From Bacillota bacterium (GTDB taxonomy: Bacteria; Bacillota; DTU025): a stretch of 64,000 nucleotides of DNA. Below are positions 48,443 through 58,812 of the stretch, in pieces (the stretch's first letter is position 1; every line of letters begins with the position of its first letter). The stretch is from assembly GCA_050951805.1 (NCBI GenBank), contig JBMNJT010000002.1:1248001-1312000 (forward strand). The letters run 5' to 3'. The notes under the pieces are model-generated. The model was not told the DNA's origin. It worked only from the letters and a program-made list of their open reading frames with translations, and did not search any database. A program made the position numbers and the translations under genes.

Positions 48443-49063
48443 CTACATTATCGCTCTGTAAAGCGTCAATATGATCGGGCTCAAGATCCAGCTCGCCAAC
48501 GGCGTCGCTATGAACAACAAAAGCACGATGTAAGAGTACTTCTCCAACGTATAGTACAAACGTGCGCCCTTGCCCTTGAGGAGCGCTGCGAGGATCTTTG
48601 ACCCGTCAAGAGGCGGAACTGGCAGGAGGTTGAAAACGGCAAGCCCAAGGTTTATCCATACGCCCTGGTTCAATGCGAGCGCGAGGTAGCGCGCAAATGC
48701 ATTTGCCGGTATGCCATAGGGCCCGGATACCGCCTTAAACAACGTGGCCAAGGCAATTGCCAACACAAGGTTGGAACCGGGGCCTGCCAGGCTAACCATT
48801 ACCATTCCCGCATCCCTGTTTTCAAAGTTATTGGGGTTGACTACCACTGGCTTTGCCCATCCGAACCTGCCTGTAACGACGAGCACAAGAAGGCCTACGG
48901 GGTCCATGTGGGCAAGGGGGTTGAGAGTGAGGCGCCCTTGCCATCGGGGAGTGTTGTCGCCCAGCCTGTATGCTACGCGCGCGTGGGCATACTCATGCAC
49001 TGACAAAGAAAAAAGCAAAATCGGCAACGTAATGAGCATGGAGTAAGGGTTCATCGATAGCAC
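48443..49063 (-). CDS. Site-2 protease (M50)
   Basis: HEYAH, AGP.SN, FNLLPVPPLDG. Confidence 0.93.
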   Translation of the reverse strand: MLSMNPYSMLITLPILLFSLSVHEYAHARVAYRLGDNTPRWQGRLTLNPLAHMDPVGLLVLVVTGRFGWAKPVVVNPNNFENRDAGMVMVSLAGPGSNLVLAIALATLFKAVSGPYGIPANAFARYLALALNQGVWINLGLAVFNLLPVPPLDGSKILAALLKGKGARLYYTLEKYSYIVLLLFIATPLASWILSPIILTLYRAIM

Positions 49064-49271
49064 GGGCTTTCCCTCCTCTGGGCCTGATTATAACATACGC
49101 AGCCGCTAGCGGGGAACACCATCCGTCGCCGCAGGCTTGTTCAGCTGTAGTTGATTGCGAAATTGCCACTCATATGAATGGAGCATTGTTAATAGATGTG
49201 CAATTGATGAGACGGGACAATAGTCGGCACAGCTTGTTTGAAAGTGAGAAATGACGTGAACCCGTGGGCTT

Positions 49272-50480
49272 TCAGAGAACCTGCATGTCTTTCCATCGAC
49301 CTGCACCCGAAATCCCGTCCAATCGTTTGCCTGATCTTTCTGCAAGCAGATCGCAGAAAGCCTCCAACCTGGTGTCGAGGCCTGCATCTGCCGTATGCTC
49401 ATCGATGGTCAGTGACATTATCGGCATCCCTTCCTCTTCGCTCACCCGTGGCAATATGCTCTGGGCCACGATTTCAGGCATACAGGTGAGTGGAGAGATG
49501 TGCACAACGCCGTCGAACCCGCTTCGGGCCATCTGAACCGAGTGCCCCACGCTTTCCACGCCGTGGCCGCCGACAAAATGCCCCAGATACGGCGTAGCCC
49601 ATGCCAACATATCAGGTTTTGGCATAAACTTCACTATATCGAGGACTACATGGGTCATGATCCACCCAGAAAACGTGATCGGCTGCATAACCTGAGCCCC
49701 GATAGTCCCCAGCTTCTTGCAGAGGTTCATGTTGACTGCGGGCTCCATCACTACGTATATCTCTCCAACCACTCCAACAGAAAGCGGAGAAAGATCGCCT
49801 TCTTCCGAACGCAGAAGGGCGCCATACCTATCCGTTACTAGACTTCGAGCACAAGAATCGAGCTGACAGATCGGGCCTACTACGGCGCAGGACCGTACGT
49901 GTTCCACCGTGTTGGCGATGACGGCTTGCACGTCTCTAATCGTAGAGGCTCTGTCCAGTTCGGCAAGTCCTTTCCGAACAGCTCTGTCTACCGCGCCTCT
50001 TTCGGCTTCGCTCCAGCGCGCGGCATTGGCCAACTGCTCGCAGACGTCGATGCCTATGCATTTTTCCCACGCAAGCTTCCCAGCCTCAACCACATCCCTC
50101 ACGCCCGCACGACTAGTGAGGAGGCGTGCAAACCGGACCGTGTTGCGAAAGTGGCCCCTAGGAGGCTCTATCACCACCAGGTCCACGTCATCGCCAAGGT
50201 CAGAGAGTATGTCTCGCTGCAGCTCGCAGTAGTAGCCAAGCCTACACGGACCTATCCCACCCACCATGAGAAAAGTGTCGGCGCCGCTGTTGATCGCTTC
50301 AATCATGTTCCCAATAGTTACCTTGAGAGGAAGGCACGCTGTTTCGGGGGCAAGTTGCGCGCCTATCGCTACCGTCTTTCGAGTAGTGGGAGGCGGCGCA
50401 ACCACCTCAATGCCGATTCCTGAGAAGAAAGCTTTCAGGGGAATCCACAAGTTTCCCAGATGCGGAAAGGAGACTTTCAT
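49272..50480 (-). CDS. 2-hydroxyacyl-CoA dehydratase-related / CoA activase-associated protein
   Basis: FPHLGN, PE..CLP.K, GPCR.G.Y, VGEIY, P.TCMPE, DEHT..AG..TR.EAF. Confidence 0.8.
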   Translation of the reverse strand: MKVSFPHLGNLWIPLKAFFSGIGIEVVAPPPTTRKTVAIGAQLAPETACLPLKVTIGNMIEAINSGADTFLMVGGIGPCRLGYYCELQRDILSDLGDDVDLVVIEPPRGHFRNTVRFARLLTSRAGVRDVVEAGKLAWEKCIGIDVCEQLANAARWSEAERGAVDRAVRKGLAELDRASTIRDVQAVIANTVEHVRSCAVVGPICQLDSCARSLVTDRYGALLRSEEGDLSPLSVGVVGEIYVVMEPAVNMNLCKKLGTIGAQVMQPITFSGWIMTHVVLDIVKFMPKPDMLAWATPYLGHFVGGHGVESVGHSVQMARSGFDGVVHISPLTCMPEIVAQSILPRVSEEEGMPIMSLTIDEHTADAGLDTRLEAFCDLLAERSGKRLDGISGAGRWKDMQVL

Positions 50481-51472
50481 CGCTTCGACTTCCCCATTCT
50501 GACAGTGTCCACGAACGCTTCCAGACGCGTTGCCATGCCGGCTTCGCCTGAGTGTTCATCCACATTGAGGATGATTAGAGGCATGGCGGGATGGCGCGCC
50601 GCGTCTCGGGCGATTACTTCAGCAACAAATGACTCAGGCCCGCAACCAAAGGAGGTCAAGTGCACCATTCCGTCCACTTCTCCCGTCTCTCTCCATCTGC
50701 GAGCTGCCCCGATCAGTTTGCGGCCGGCAGTCCAGAAGACCTGTTTTCTGTCCGCCCCCCGCCTCTCCCACCGCCTCAGATTGTCGTATGCGTAATCCTC
50801 TGCTGTGACTGCCTTCACGCCCATCTTCTCAAGCTTTGATATTAGGCCCAAGCTAAGATAAGCGTCATCGAGGTTGTAGGTATGACCTAACACCCCTATG
50901 GTCAACGAGGTTTCATAGATGCTTTCAAGCGTGTATCCGCCTAGCCCCGTACGGGCTACGGCAGAGCCTGAGGGCGCAAACCTCTTGACGCGCCGACGGT
51001 CTTCCTTTCGCTGCGCCATCAAGGCGGCGCCCAATGCCCATGATAGATGCCGTGGTGCCACTCCTAGTATCTTGCAAGTGTCTGAGCAAGGCAGGGATGA
51101 AACATACGAACCGAGGCCCTGGCGTATGTCGACACACATATCGATGATAGGGGGCGCATTTTGCAGCCTCGCTCTGATCATGTCGGGGAGGCCCATGAAC
51201 TTCGGACATATGTACGCTCCACGCTCCACGCTCACAAACCTCGCAACAAACAAGGCGTCAACCTGATCCGACAGAACGGCGGCATGCCCGAAAAAAGCCT
51301 TTACAGGCAGACAGGCATCGTCTACACACAGAGCAAGCCCCTTCTCAAGTATCTCCCGGTTGGTTTGCGGCGACACGACTGTTTCGGCTCCGCAAGACTC
51401 CAAAAAAGTGTGGATGGCAGGCGCATACTCGTGGTACAAGAGCCCGCGGGGAACTCCCACTCTCATGGTCAT
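50477..51472 (-). CDS. DUF2229 CoA-dehydratase activase-related protein
   Basis: VGVPRGL, DACLPVK...GH, CPKF.GLPD, SFGCGP, DEHSGEAG..TR.EAF. Confidence 0.8.
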   Translation of the reverse strand: MTMRVGVPRGLLYHEYAPAIHTFLESCGAETVVSPQTNREILEKGLALCVDDACLPVKAFFGHAAVLSDQVDALFVARFVSVERGAYICPKFMGLPDMIRARLQNAPPIIDMCVDIRQGLGSYVSSLPCSDTCKILGVAPRHLSWALGAALMAQRKEDRRRVKRFAPSGSAVARTGLGGYTLESIYETSLTIGVLGHTYNLDDAYLSLGLISKLEKMGVKAVTAEDYAYDNLRRWERRGADRKQVFWTAGRKLIGAARRWRETGEVDGMVHLTSFGCGPESFVAEVIARDAARHPAMPLIILNVDEHSGEAGMATRLEAFVDTVRMGKSKR

Positions 51473-51819
51473 GGCTTGGGATTGGCAACGAGAGCAATCA
51501 ATGCGCCGAAAAAAACCGCCGTGGTTATCCCAAGCCCTGTAAACTCCAGAGCACCGGTGAACAACCCCAGTACGCCGAGCCTTTCCGCCTCCATGAGCGA
51601 GCCGCGGGCTATTGAATGACCAAAGCCTGATACGGGAATTAGAGCGCCTGCCCCAGCAAAATCCACCAGTTTATCGTAGACTCCCAGACCTGAGAGGATT
51701 GCGCCGGCTACAACAAAGGCTACTAGCATGTGCGGGGGTGAAAGCTTGCTCGTGTCGAGCAGCACCTGGCCTATTGCACAGATCGTTCCTCCTACAAGAA
51801 ACGCCACGAGGTAGTCCAT
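51469..51819 (-). CDS. spoVAE: Stage V sporulation protein AE (SpoVAEb-type)
   Basis: AFLVGG.IC.IGQ, AGAGA.IP.SGFG. Confidence 0.9.
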   Translation of the reverse strand: MDYLVAFLVGGTICAIGQVLLDTSKLSPPHMLVAFVVAGAILSGLGVYDKLVDFAGAGALIPVSGFGHSIARGSLMEAERLGVLGLFTGALEFTGLGITTAVFFGALIALVANPKP

Positions 51820-51846
51820 GTGACCAAAGTTCCTCCCTAAGGCTAC

Positions 51847-51877
51847 AATATATGGGCCTTGATGACCTGAACATGGC
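51847..51877 (-). promoter_or_regulatory. Possible sigmaE/K-type internal promoter upstream of spoVAE
   Basis: GCCATGTT-15 nt-CATATATT. Confidence 0.4.
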
Positions 51878-51879
51878 GA

Positions 51880-52887
51880 TTACGTCTCGAGCACGACAGC
51901 ATTTGCAATACAAGGAATCGATTCTCCCTGCTGCCAGGAGATGGGCGACATGAGGGCGCCTGTGGCAACGACGAGGGCCCGAGATATCTCGTTCTGGCAC
52001 ATCCTCTTCAAGATGAACCCGTAGGTGATCAGAGCTGAACACGCACACCCGCTGCCCCCTACCCCAGTACCTCTTACACCCTCGAACATGAGGATGCCTG
52101 CATCTGAGTAATTGTCCCCGAGGGGCACCCCTTTCTCCGCCATCAGTTGGCGAAGTATCTCCGCTCCCACGCGCCCCAAATCTCCGGTGAGGATGATATC
52201 GTAGTATCCGGGGTCCCGTCCGGTATCGGCAAGGTGTGCGAAGATAGTGTCGGCCGCGGCAGGAGCCATAGCGGGCCCCATCTGGTTGGGGTCCTTTATG
52301 CCCATGTCGATCACTTTTCCGATAGTCGCCTCAGTGACCTTGACTTTGCCTCCTGATCTGCCCACCAATGCGGCGCCTGCCCCGGTCACCGTATACTGCG
52401 AAGTGCTCTTTCGCATAATGTTCAGCTCTATCGGATAGCGAAATTGCCTTTCAGCGGTTTGGTAATGGCTGCTTGTGACCGCAAGGGCAAGGTCCGCATA
52501 ACCCCCGTCCACCATTGCGGAAGCCATGGTTAAGCTCTGCGCCATAGTTGAGCAAGCCCCATACAGCCCAACGAAAGGAATGCCAAAACCCTCTGCGGTG
52601 AAGCTTGAGGTGATTATCTGATTGAGCAGATCGCCGGCGAATATCATATTGACTTGTTCGGGAAGGACACGGGCACTGCCCAAGGCGATCTTAATGGCAT
52701 CTTCCATGAATCGCCGTTCCGCTTTCTCGGGCGTACGCTCCCCGAACATGTCATCGGGCACCAGCTCGTCGAACCACTGGGCCATCTGGCCCTCGCTTTC
52801 CTTTGGGCCGGCAACTGTAGCAGCGCTAACAATTACAGGGGGAGTGGAATAGACTATTGTGCTTCCGCCTACACGTTTTGTCGTCAT
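51880..52887 (-). CDS. spoVAD: Stage V sporulation protein AD
   Basis: AGDLLNQ, GACST, AERQFRYP, GGSGC.C, GESIP.IA. Confidence 0.95.
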   Translation of the reverse strand: MTTKRVGGSTIVYSTPPVIVSAATVAGPKESEGQMAQWFDELVPDDMFGERTPEKAERRFMEDAIKIALGSARVLPEQVNMIFAGDLLNQIITSSFTAEGFGIPFVGLYGACSTMAQSLTMASAMVDGGYADLALAVTSSHYQTAERQFRYPIELNIMRKSTSQYTVTGAGAALVGRSGGKVKVTEATIGKVIDMGIKDPNQMGPAMAPAAADTIFAHLADTGRDPGYYDIILTGDLGRVGAEILRQLMAEKGVPLGDNYSDAGILMFEGVRGTGVGGSGCACSALITYGFILKRMCQNEISRALVVATGALMSPISWQQGESIPCIANAVVLET

Positions 52888-52890
52888 AGC

Positions 52891-53358
52891 TTACCCCCTG
52901 TAGAGCCACCTGATGAGCGCAACCAGCACACCGGAAAGAATCCCGTATACGAGGACTGGGCCTGCAATGATGAACATCTTGGCGCCCATGCCCAATATGT
53001 AGCCCTCACGCTTGAAGTCCATGGCTGCCGCCACAATTGTGTTGGCAAATCCGGTAATGGGAATGGCCGCCCCAGCACCCGCGAATTCGCCTATATGGTG
53101 ATATGCAGAAAGGCCTGTCAGTACCGAGCCTATCAGAATCATAGTGGCCAGCGTGGGTGCGGTTGCCTCGTCCTGAGTCATTCCACGGGACATGAAAGCG
53201 TTGATCACACCCTGTCCTACTGTGCAGATGAGACCTCCCACAACGAATGCCACCACTATGTTTCGGACAAGAGGGGGCTTGGGAACGATAGATGCCGCGA
53301 GCCTCTGGTACTTTGCTCTTTCGTCAGCTTTCTGTTTCTTTGCTCCCGGACTTGCCAA
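52891..53358 (-). CDS. spoVAC: Stage V sporulation protein AC
   Basis: AFVVGGLIC..GQ, GAG..IPITGFAN, MF.IAGPV. Confidence 0.93.
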   Translation of the reverse strand: MASPGAKKQKADERAKYQRLAASIVPKPPLVRNIVVAFVVGGLICTVGQGVINAFMSRGMTQDEATAPTLATMILIGSVLTGLSAYHHIGEFAGAGAAIPITGFANTIVAAAMDFKREGYILGMGAKMFIIAGPVLVYGILSGVLVALIRWLYRG

Positions 53359-53379
53359 GATGCACACCCCCACATGGGC

Positions 53380-53410
53380 TAGTATGCAACCGGGCCGGAG
53401 GTTTCATTCA
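53380..53410 (-). promoter_or_regulatory. sigmaG promoter of spoVA
   Basis: TGAATG-18 nt-CATACTA. Confidence 0.7.
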
Positions 53411-54114
53411 CCTTCCATGCTTCGCCTCAATGCAAGGAGGGCGGCTTTTTCGATCCTGTGCACCTGGGGCTGGGAAATTCCCAGCAAGCTGGCTGTCTCA
53501 GCCTGAGTGCGTTCTTCGAAGAAGCGCATCGCCACCACCGTGCGCTCGATTTCTGACAAGGCGGAAAGAGCATCGGAGAGGGCAATGGATTCACACACCG
53601 ATGTTTCAACGCCCAAATCGCCTGGAAGGACCTCGTGCAATTCGAGGGATTCATGATCGAAGCTTACCTGGTCGAAAAGGGAGTAGACATGTGCCTCAGA
53701 TTCCATGGCATAGACGACATCCGCTGCGTCTATCCCCAGACGAGCGGCGATCTCTGTTGCCTGAGGCTCCCTGGAAAGTTCGGCCCTGAGAGAATCCTGT
53801 GTATGGCGACATTTCTGCGCGAGCTCACGCACAGGCCTGGGAACGTGGATGGGACCTGAGCCTCTCAGGTAGGCCACTATTTCGGAGAGTATGATAGGCA
53901 CAGCAAAAGTGCTGAAAGTCGTGCCTCGCGACTGGTCGTACCGGTCGATTGCGCGGAGCAGACCAACACATCCTGCTTGGTAGAGATCTGCAATCTCCGC
54001 CCGACCCGCGAATCTTCGTGCCAACGACATCACAAGTCCCGCGTGTCGCCGGGCTTCGGCTTCGCGGGATGACAAGAATGCAGATCCGCCTTGCGTATCG
54101 GCGTTCCACATCAT
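53404..54114 (-). CDS. sigF: Forespore sigma factor SigF
   Basis: DL.QAG..GL, FSTFAVP.I, TQ.E.A..LGISQ.QV.R; third gene of the spoIIA operon. Confidence 0.88.
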   Translation of the reverse strand: MMWNADTQGGSAFLSSREAEARRHAGLVMSLARRFAGRAEIADLYQAGCVGLLRAIDRYDQSRGTTFSTFAVPIILSEIVAYLRGSGPIHVPRPVRELAQKCRHTQDSLRAELSREPQATEIAARLGIDAADVVYAMESEAHVYSLFDQVSFDHESLELHEVLPGDLGVETSVCESIALSDALSALSEIERTVVAMRFFEERTQAETASLLGISQPQVHRIEKAALLALRRSMEGE

Positions 54115-54548
54115 CCTCCCCGCTCCGGAGAGAAGATCATCTCAACGCGCGTGCCTACGCCCAGTTCCGACTTTACGTCGACCTGATCAGCCAGGGCTTC
54201 CATCAAGGTAAATCCCATGCCAAGTCTCTCGGAGTCAGTAGTCACGCCAGGCTTTCGCGCCATTGCAACATCAGCTATGCCTATTCCCTTGTCTTCAATG
54301 GAGACCACAAACTCTGATTCACGTGCCTCCATGACCATCAATACTGTCGGCCTTGCTTCGCCAGGACCAGGGTAAGCATGGATAATGCAATTTGACACTG
54401 CCTCTGAGACGGCAAGCTTGATGTCTTCAAGGTCTTCTACAGTAAAACCGAGTCCAGCAGCAAAGCTGGCGGCGGCAACGCGGGCAAAGCCGAGATTGCC
54501 AGGGATCGCATCAAACTCAACCTTTGCATGGTTCACTTTCGCGTGCAT
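54111..54548 (-). CDS. spoIIAB: Anti-sigma F factor
   Basis: AVSEAVSNCIIHAY, DKGIGI, GMGFTLME, GT.V. Confidence 0.93.
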   Translation of the reverse strand: MHAKVNHAKVEFDAIPGNLGFARVAAASFAAGLGFTVEDLEDIKLAVSEAVSNCIIHAYPGPGEARPTVLMVMEARESEFVVSIEDKGIGIADVAMARKPGVTTDSERLGMGFTLMEALADQVDVKSELGVGTRVEMIFSPERGG

Positions 54549-54895
54549 TTTCTGACCTCCGCTTCCGCCGCGAGGGCCTGCTTCAGTGTGTCATAGACAT
54601 GTATAACCGAAGGCACACCCAGAAGGTCCAAAGCCCGCATCGCCTGCGGGCTCGGAGAGGCTATCGCGAGCGTTCCCCCGCGCAATGCCATTCGCCTGTG
54701 CCTGCCGAACAACACCCCTATGCCAGAACTGTCAATAAACGCAACTCGGTCCATGCACAGTATGACCCGGGCAACACCTGGATGAGAGTCTATTAATGAA
54801 TCGAGAACCCTGCGAAACTCGTCAGCGCAAGTCAGGTCGAGCTCGCCGGCGATCTCTACGACAAGACTGTTGCCAGAAACCTCCCATTCGATCAA
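54533..54895 (-). CDS. spoIIAA: Anti-anti-sigma F factor
   Basis: STAS: GELD, FIDSSGIGV. Confidence 0.92.
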   Translation of the reverse strand: MIEWEVSGNSLVVEIAGELDLTCADEFRRVLDSLIDSHPGVARVILCMDRVAFIDSSGIGVLFGRHRRMALRGGTLAIASPSPQAMRALDLLGVPSVIHVYDTLKQALAAEAEVRKCTRK

Positions 54896-54930
54896 CCGCC
54901 ATCCCCCGCCTCCCCATTGGCTTGACTCAG

Positions 54931-54986
54931 AGATTCTCTGCCAAAGCGGCTTCTCCTTCCAGCTAATGGCCGACAAGGGCACGACA
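54931..54986 (-). promoter_or_regulatory. sigmaH promoter of spoIIA with two degenerate Spo0A boxes
   Basis: GAAGGAGAA-11-AGAGAATCT; TGTCGTG and TGTCGGC 11 bp apart upstream. Confidence 0.65.
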
Positions 54987-54989
54987 GAA

Positions 54990-56204
54990 TCAGCGAAAAT
55001 CAAAGAGAGACCTGACGAATTCCTTCGTCGACCTTACAACCAAGGTAAACGCGCCTGCTTTCGGAATGTCATCGACCGCCACTAGATCAGCCGAGTTTAT
55101 CTCCACACCTTCAACATAGGCCACAATCTTGCCAACACGCTGCCCCCGTTCAACCGGAGCGCTAACATATTGGGGAAGCTCCAGCCTGGCATCGACCCCA
55201 TCGCCTTCTCCTCTTAAAGTCACCACTGTGAAATCTGAATCGACCGTGACGCCGACTTCGGTATCGATTCCTCGCAGGACGCGGACCCGCCCCATTTCCT
55301 GCCCGGAGCGGGCGATCACGTGAGCTTCGCACATCTTGAAACCGTAATCGAGCAACGTAGAGGCTTCAGAGAACCTGACAGCGCTGGTTGGAACACCGAG
55401 CACTACCCCTATGACTCTGACATTGTTTCTCACAGCCGTAGCCGAGAGGCAATACCTAGCTCTTTCGGTATATCCGGTCTTCACTCCGTCCGCGCCCGGG
55501 TAGAATCGTATCAGCCTATTGGTGTTGGTCAACATGTTCTGACCGTCCCTGACGTAGCCGATCCATATTGTCAGCCACTCATGAATACGCGGGTGCTTGA
55601 GGAGTTCGCGGGACATTATCGCTACATCCCGCGCGCTGGAGACACAGTCTTCACTTGGGCTCTTGCCGGGAAGCCCTGTTGCGTTAATAAAATGCGTATT
55701 CTTGCATCCCAGAGCCTGCGCCTTCTCGTTCATCAAGGCCACAAAGGCGGGCTCGCTCCCGGCCACGTGTTCAGCTAGAGCGACTGCAGCATCATTAGCC
55801 GATTCTATGGCCACCGCCTTCACAAGTTCAGATACAGCCATAGACTCTCCAGGTTCAAGCCAAATCTGGGATCCCCCCATGGAGGCTGCGTGCTCGGAAG
55901 TGATGTAGATGTCGTCTAAATCTATCCGACCTGCCTCAAGAGCCTCCATGACAAGGGTGAGCGTCATCACCTTTACCACGCTTGCGATCGGACGTGCCAC
56001 ATCAGCGTTCTTTTCCCACAAGACACGTCCGCTGCTTGCCTCCATCAGTATGGCGCTGGGAGCCGTAATTTTCTTGTCAAGATCCAGCGACATGGCAGCA
56101 AGAGGGGCGCTCTGCGCGCCGCAAATCCCTACCTTGACGACTAACAACAGGGCAACGAGAGCAAGTGCCGCCCTACATGCCCTACCGCAGCGAATGTATG
56201 ACAA
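54990..56204 (-). CDS. dacF: D-alanyl-D-alanine carboxypeptidase DacF
   Basis: SxxK (ASVVK), SAN, KTG; upstream of spoIIA. Confidence 0.9.
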   Translation of the reverse strand: MSYIRCGRACRAALALVALLLVVKVGICGAQSAPLAAMSLDLDKKITAPSAILMEASSGRVLWEKNADVARPIASVVKVMTLTLVMEALEAGRIDLDDIYITSEHAASMGGSQIWLEPGESMAVSELVKAVAIESANDAAVALAEHVAGSEPAFVALMNEKAQALGCKNTHFINATGLPGKSPSEDCVSSARDVAIMSRELLKHPRIHEWLTIWIGYVRDGQNMLTNTNRLIRFYPGADGVKTGYTERARYCLSATAVRNNVRVIGVVLGVPTSAVRFSEASTLLDYGFKMCEAHVIARSGQEMGRVRVLRGIDTEVGVTVDSDFTVVTLRGEGDGVDARLELPQYVSAPVERGQRVGKIVAYVEGVEINSADLVAVDDIPKAGAFTLVVRSTKEFVRSLFDFR

Positions 56205-56278
56205 GAAGCATGCCTCCCTCCTTCACTTCTCTCAAAAGAGCATATTCGGAGGCATGCCCTGTTATACAGTTCCCGCGT

Positions 56279-57586
56279 TCAGGACTCTATGGTTCGATAC
56301 ACGAGCGGCGGAGGCTCAATAGGTTCGGCGGAATAAGTGTAGGCTTTAGCCGCCACTGACAGTCCTTCCGTCAACAGAGAAGTGCTGCTGGCGTACAGTT
56401 TTGCAACTGGCTGTCCTTGTTCAACAGGATCGCCGATTGAGACCAAAGTCACCAACCCGCATTCGAGATCTACGCTATCTTCCTTTCGCGCGCGGCCCGC
56501 GCCCATGGACATCGCTGCCTTTCCAAGGGTCATCGCGTCGACAGAGGCCACATATCCGCTGCAGGGAGCGGTGATATACTCTGAGTAGGGGGCAACAGGC
56601 AGACGCCTTGGATCGTCAATATAGGCTGGATCGCCGCCCTGGGCTACTACCATCTCGCGCAGCTTCTCGAGGGCTGCTCCTGAATCAACCACATCGTTCA
56701 GTCTCGCGCGCGCTGCCTCTATGCTCGATTCTGCGCCGCCCATCACTACCATCCTTGCCCCAAGCTCCAAACAAAGATCAAAAAGGCGCCCGCGCTCTTC
56801 GCCGGCAAGAGTTTGAACAGCTTCAATTACCTCAAGAGTATTTCCCACCCCATGGCCAAGGGGCTGGTTCATGTCGGAGATCACCGCCGCCATCTTCCGC
56901 CGGGCCATCCGCCCGATGTCCACCATAAGGCCAGCGAGTGCCTCTGCCTGAGAAAGGTCGTGCATGAACGCGCCCGTTCCTGTCTTCACATCGAGGACTA
57001 TTGCATCTGCTCCTGTTGCCAGTTTTTTACTCATAATGCTGGCGGCAATGAGAGGGATGCTCTCGACCGTGGCAGTAACATCTCTCAGCGCGTAAAGGAT
57101 CTTGTCGGCAGGGGCCACGTCCTCTGTTTGACCAACTATAGCGATGCCAATGCGGTTGACCTGCTCGATGAACTCCTCTTCTGATAAAGACACCCGCATT
57201 CCCGGAATGGACTCGAGTTTGTCCAGGGTTCCGCCTGTATGGCCCAACCCTCTTCCGGACATCTTCGCCACCGGCACTCCGGTTGCAGCAACCATGGGAG
57301 CGAGCACGAGTGTCGTGGTGTCCCCCACGCCCCCTGTGCTGTGTTTATCTACCTTTGTCCCGCGAATAGCCGAAAGATCCACTATCTCTCCCGACCTTGC
57401 CATGGCCAGAGTGAGGGCAGCGGTCTCAGCGGGCGTCATGCCCTGAAAATAGACGGCCATGCAGAAAGCCGACATCTGGTAGTCGGGCACATCCCCGGAA
57501 ACCATGCCGTCTATCAAGAAAAAGATCTCTTCCGGGCTCAGTTCGCCACCGTCTCGCTTTTTCATGATTATATCCGGGACTCTCAT
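56279..57586 (-). CDS. pdp: Pyrimidine-nucleoside phosphorylase
   Basis: DKHSTGGVGD, KMSGRGLGHTGGT.DKLE, SIMSKK. Confidence 0.95.
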   Translation of the reverse strand: MRVPDIIMKKRDGGELSPEEIFFLIDGMVSGDVPDYQMSAFCMAVYFQGMTPAETAALTLAMARSGEIVDLSAIRGTKVDKHSTGGVGDTTTLVLAPMVAATGVPVAKMSGRGLGHTGGTLDKLESIPGMRVSLSEEEFIEQVNRIGIAIVGQTEDVAPADKILYALRDVTATVESIPLIAASIMSKKLATGADAIVLDVKTGTGAFMHDLSQAEALAGLMVDIGRMARRKMAAVISDMNQPLGHGVGNTLEVIEAVQTLAGEERGRLFDLCLELGARMVVMGGAESSIEAARARLNDVVDSGAALEKLREMVVAQGGDPAYIDDPRRLPVAPYSEYITAPCSGYVASVDAMTLGKAAMSMGAGRARKEDSVDLECGLVTLVSIGDPVEQGQPVAKLYASSTSLLTEGLSVAAKAYTYSAEPIEPPPLVYRTIES

Positions 57587-57615
57587 TTAAACTCCTCCGC
57601 TCTTGCCGCGCACAG

Positions 57616-58812
57616 CTACAGTATTTCGTTGAGAAAGCTCTCTCCCCTCAGTGTCCATCCTACCTCGAGAAAATCCGCGACAGTTGCACCGAGATCAGAA
57701 AAAGTCTCCCTCACGCCCACATGGGCGCCACATCGCCCCTTCCTTTGCCTGGCAGGAGAATATGCGAGCACGGGAACGTATTCCCTGGAATGGTCTGTGC
57801 TTGGCGTAGTGGGGTCATTGCCATGATCCGCACAGATCGCCAGAAGGTCCGATTCACCGAGTCTTCCAAGGAGTTCCGGGAGGCGGGAATCGATATGTTC
57901 CAACCCGCGCGCAAAGCCCTCCACATCATTGCGGTGTCCCCATTTCATGTCGAAATCTATGAGGTTGGCGAATATGAGGCCCGAATGCCCACTGTCAAGG
58001 AATTCGAGGACAGCATCGAATATGGCGTCATTTCCTGCCACGTGCTTTGAACGCGTAATCCCTTGGTTCGCAAAGATATCGTCTATCTTGCCGCACGCCA
58101 TCACCTCTAGCCCCTCGCGGGCAACGAGATCCAACAAAGTGGGCCCTGGCGGCACCAGTGAAAAATCGCGCCTTCTTTCGGTTCGGATAAAGTTGCCGGG
58201 CACACCGATGAACGGACGGGCAATTACCCTGCCCACGGCGTGAGGCCCCGAAAGCAATTCCCTGGCGATCTTGCACATCTCATACAGCTCGGCCGGTGGG
58301 ATCACCTCTTCATGAGCGGCAATCTGAAAGACTGAATCGGCGGAGGTATAGACTATTGGGCTTCCCGTGCGGATGTGTTCCTCGCCTAGTTCCTCTATGA
58401 TCTTGGTGCCCGATGCCGGGATATTTCCGATGACCTTCCTGCCTATAGCTTCCTGGAACGGGAGAATGATCTCGGGCGGAAACCCTTTGGGATACGTGGG
58501 GAATGCCTGATCCAGCTGTATACCGGCCAATTCCCAATGTCCGGTCGTAGTATCCTTTCCGGGAGACTTTTCGGCCATTGTGCCGTACGAGGCCAGAGGA
58601 TGCTCGATTGCGGCAACTCCGCAAATCTCATGTCCGGCAGCTGCCGCAAGGTTGCCCAATCCCAGTTTTTCAAGGTTCGGAAGATTCAACCCTCCTACTG
58701 CACGCGATGTATTCACCAAGGTATTGCTTCCTAAGTCGCCATATTCACCGGCGTCGGGAAGCTCTCCGATCCCTACACCGTCAAACACGATGATCAGTGC
58801 TCGCATACTCAT
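57616..58812 (-). CDS. deoB: Phosphopentomutase
   Basis: [36 protein letters not shown]. Confidence 0.96.
   Translation of the reverse strand: MSMRALIIVFDGVGIGELPDAGEYGDLGSNTLVNTSRAVGGLNLPNLEKLGLGNLAAAAGHEICGVAAIEHPLASYGTMAEKSPGKDTTTGHWELAGIQLDQAFPTYPKGFPPEIILPFQEAIGRKVIGNIPASGTKIIEELGEEHIRTGSPIVYTSADSVFQIAAHEEVIPPAELYEMCKIARELLSGPHAVGRVIARPFIGVPGNFIRTERRRDFSLVPPGPTLLDLVAREGLEVMACGKIDDIFANQGITRSKHVAGNDAIFDAVLEFLDSGHSGLIFANLIDFDMKWGHRNDVEGFARGLEHIDSRLPELLGRLGESDLLAICADHGNDPTTPSTDHSREYVPVLAYSPARQRKGRCGAHVGVRETFSDLGATVADFLEVGWTLRGESFLNEIL

Noticed and set aside
49064-49271. T-box leader for trpS
   Set aside because: No T-box consensus or terminator; an extended -10 (TGTTATAAT) sits directly before the protease SD.
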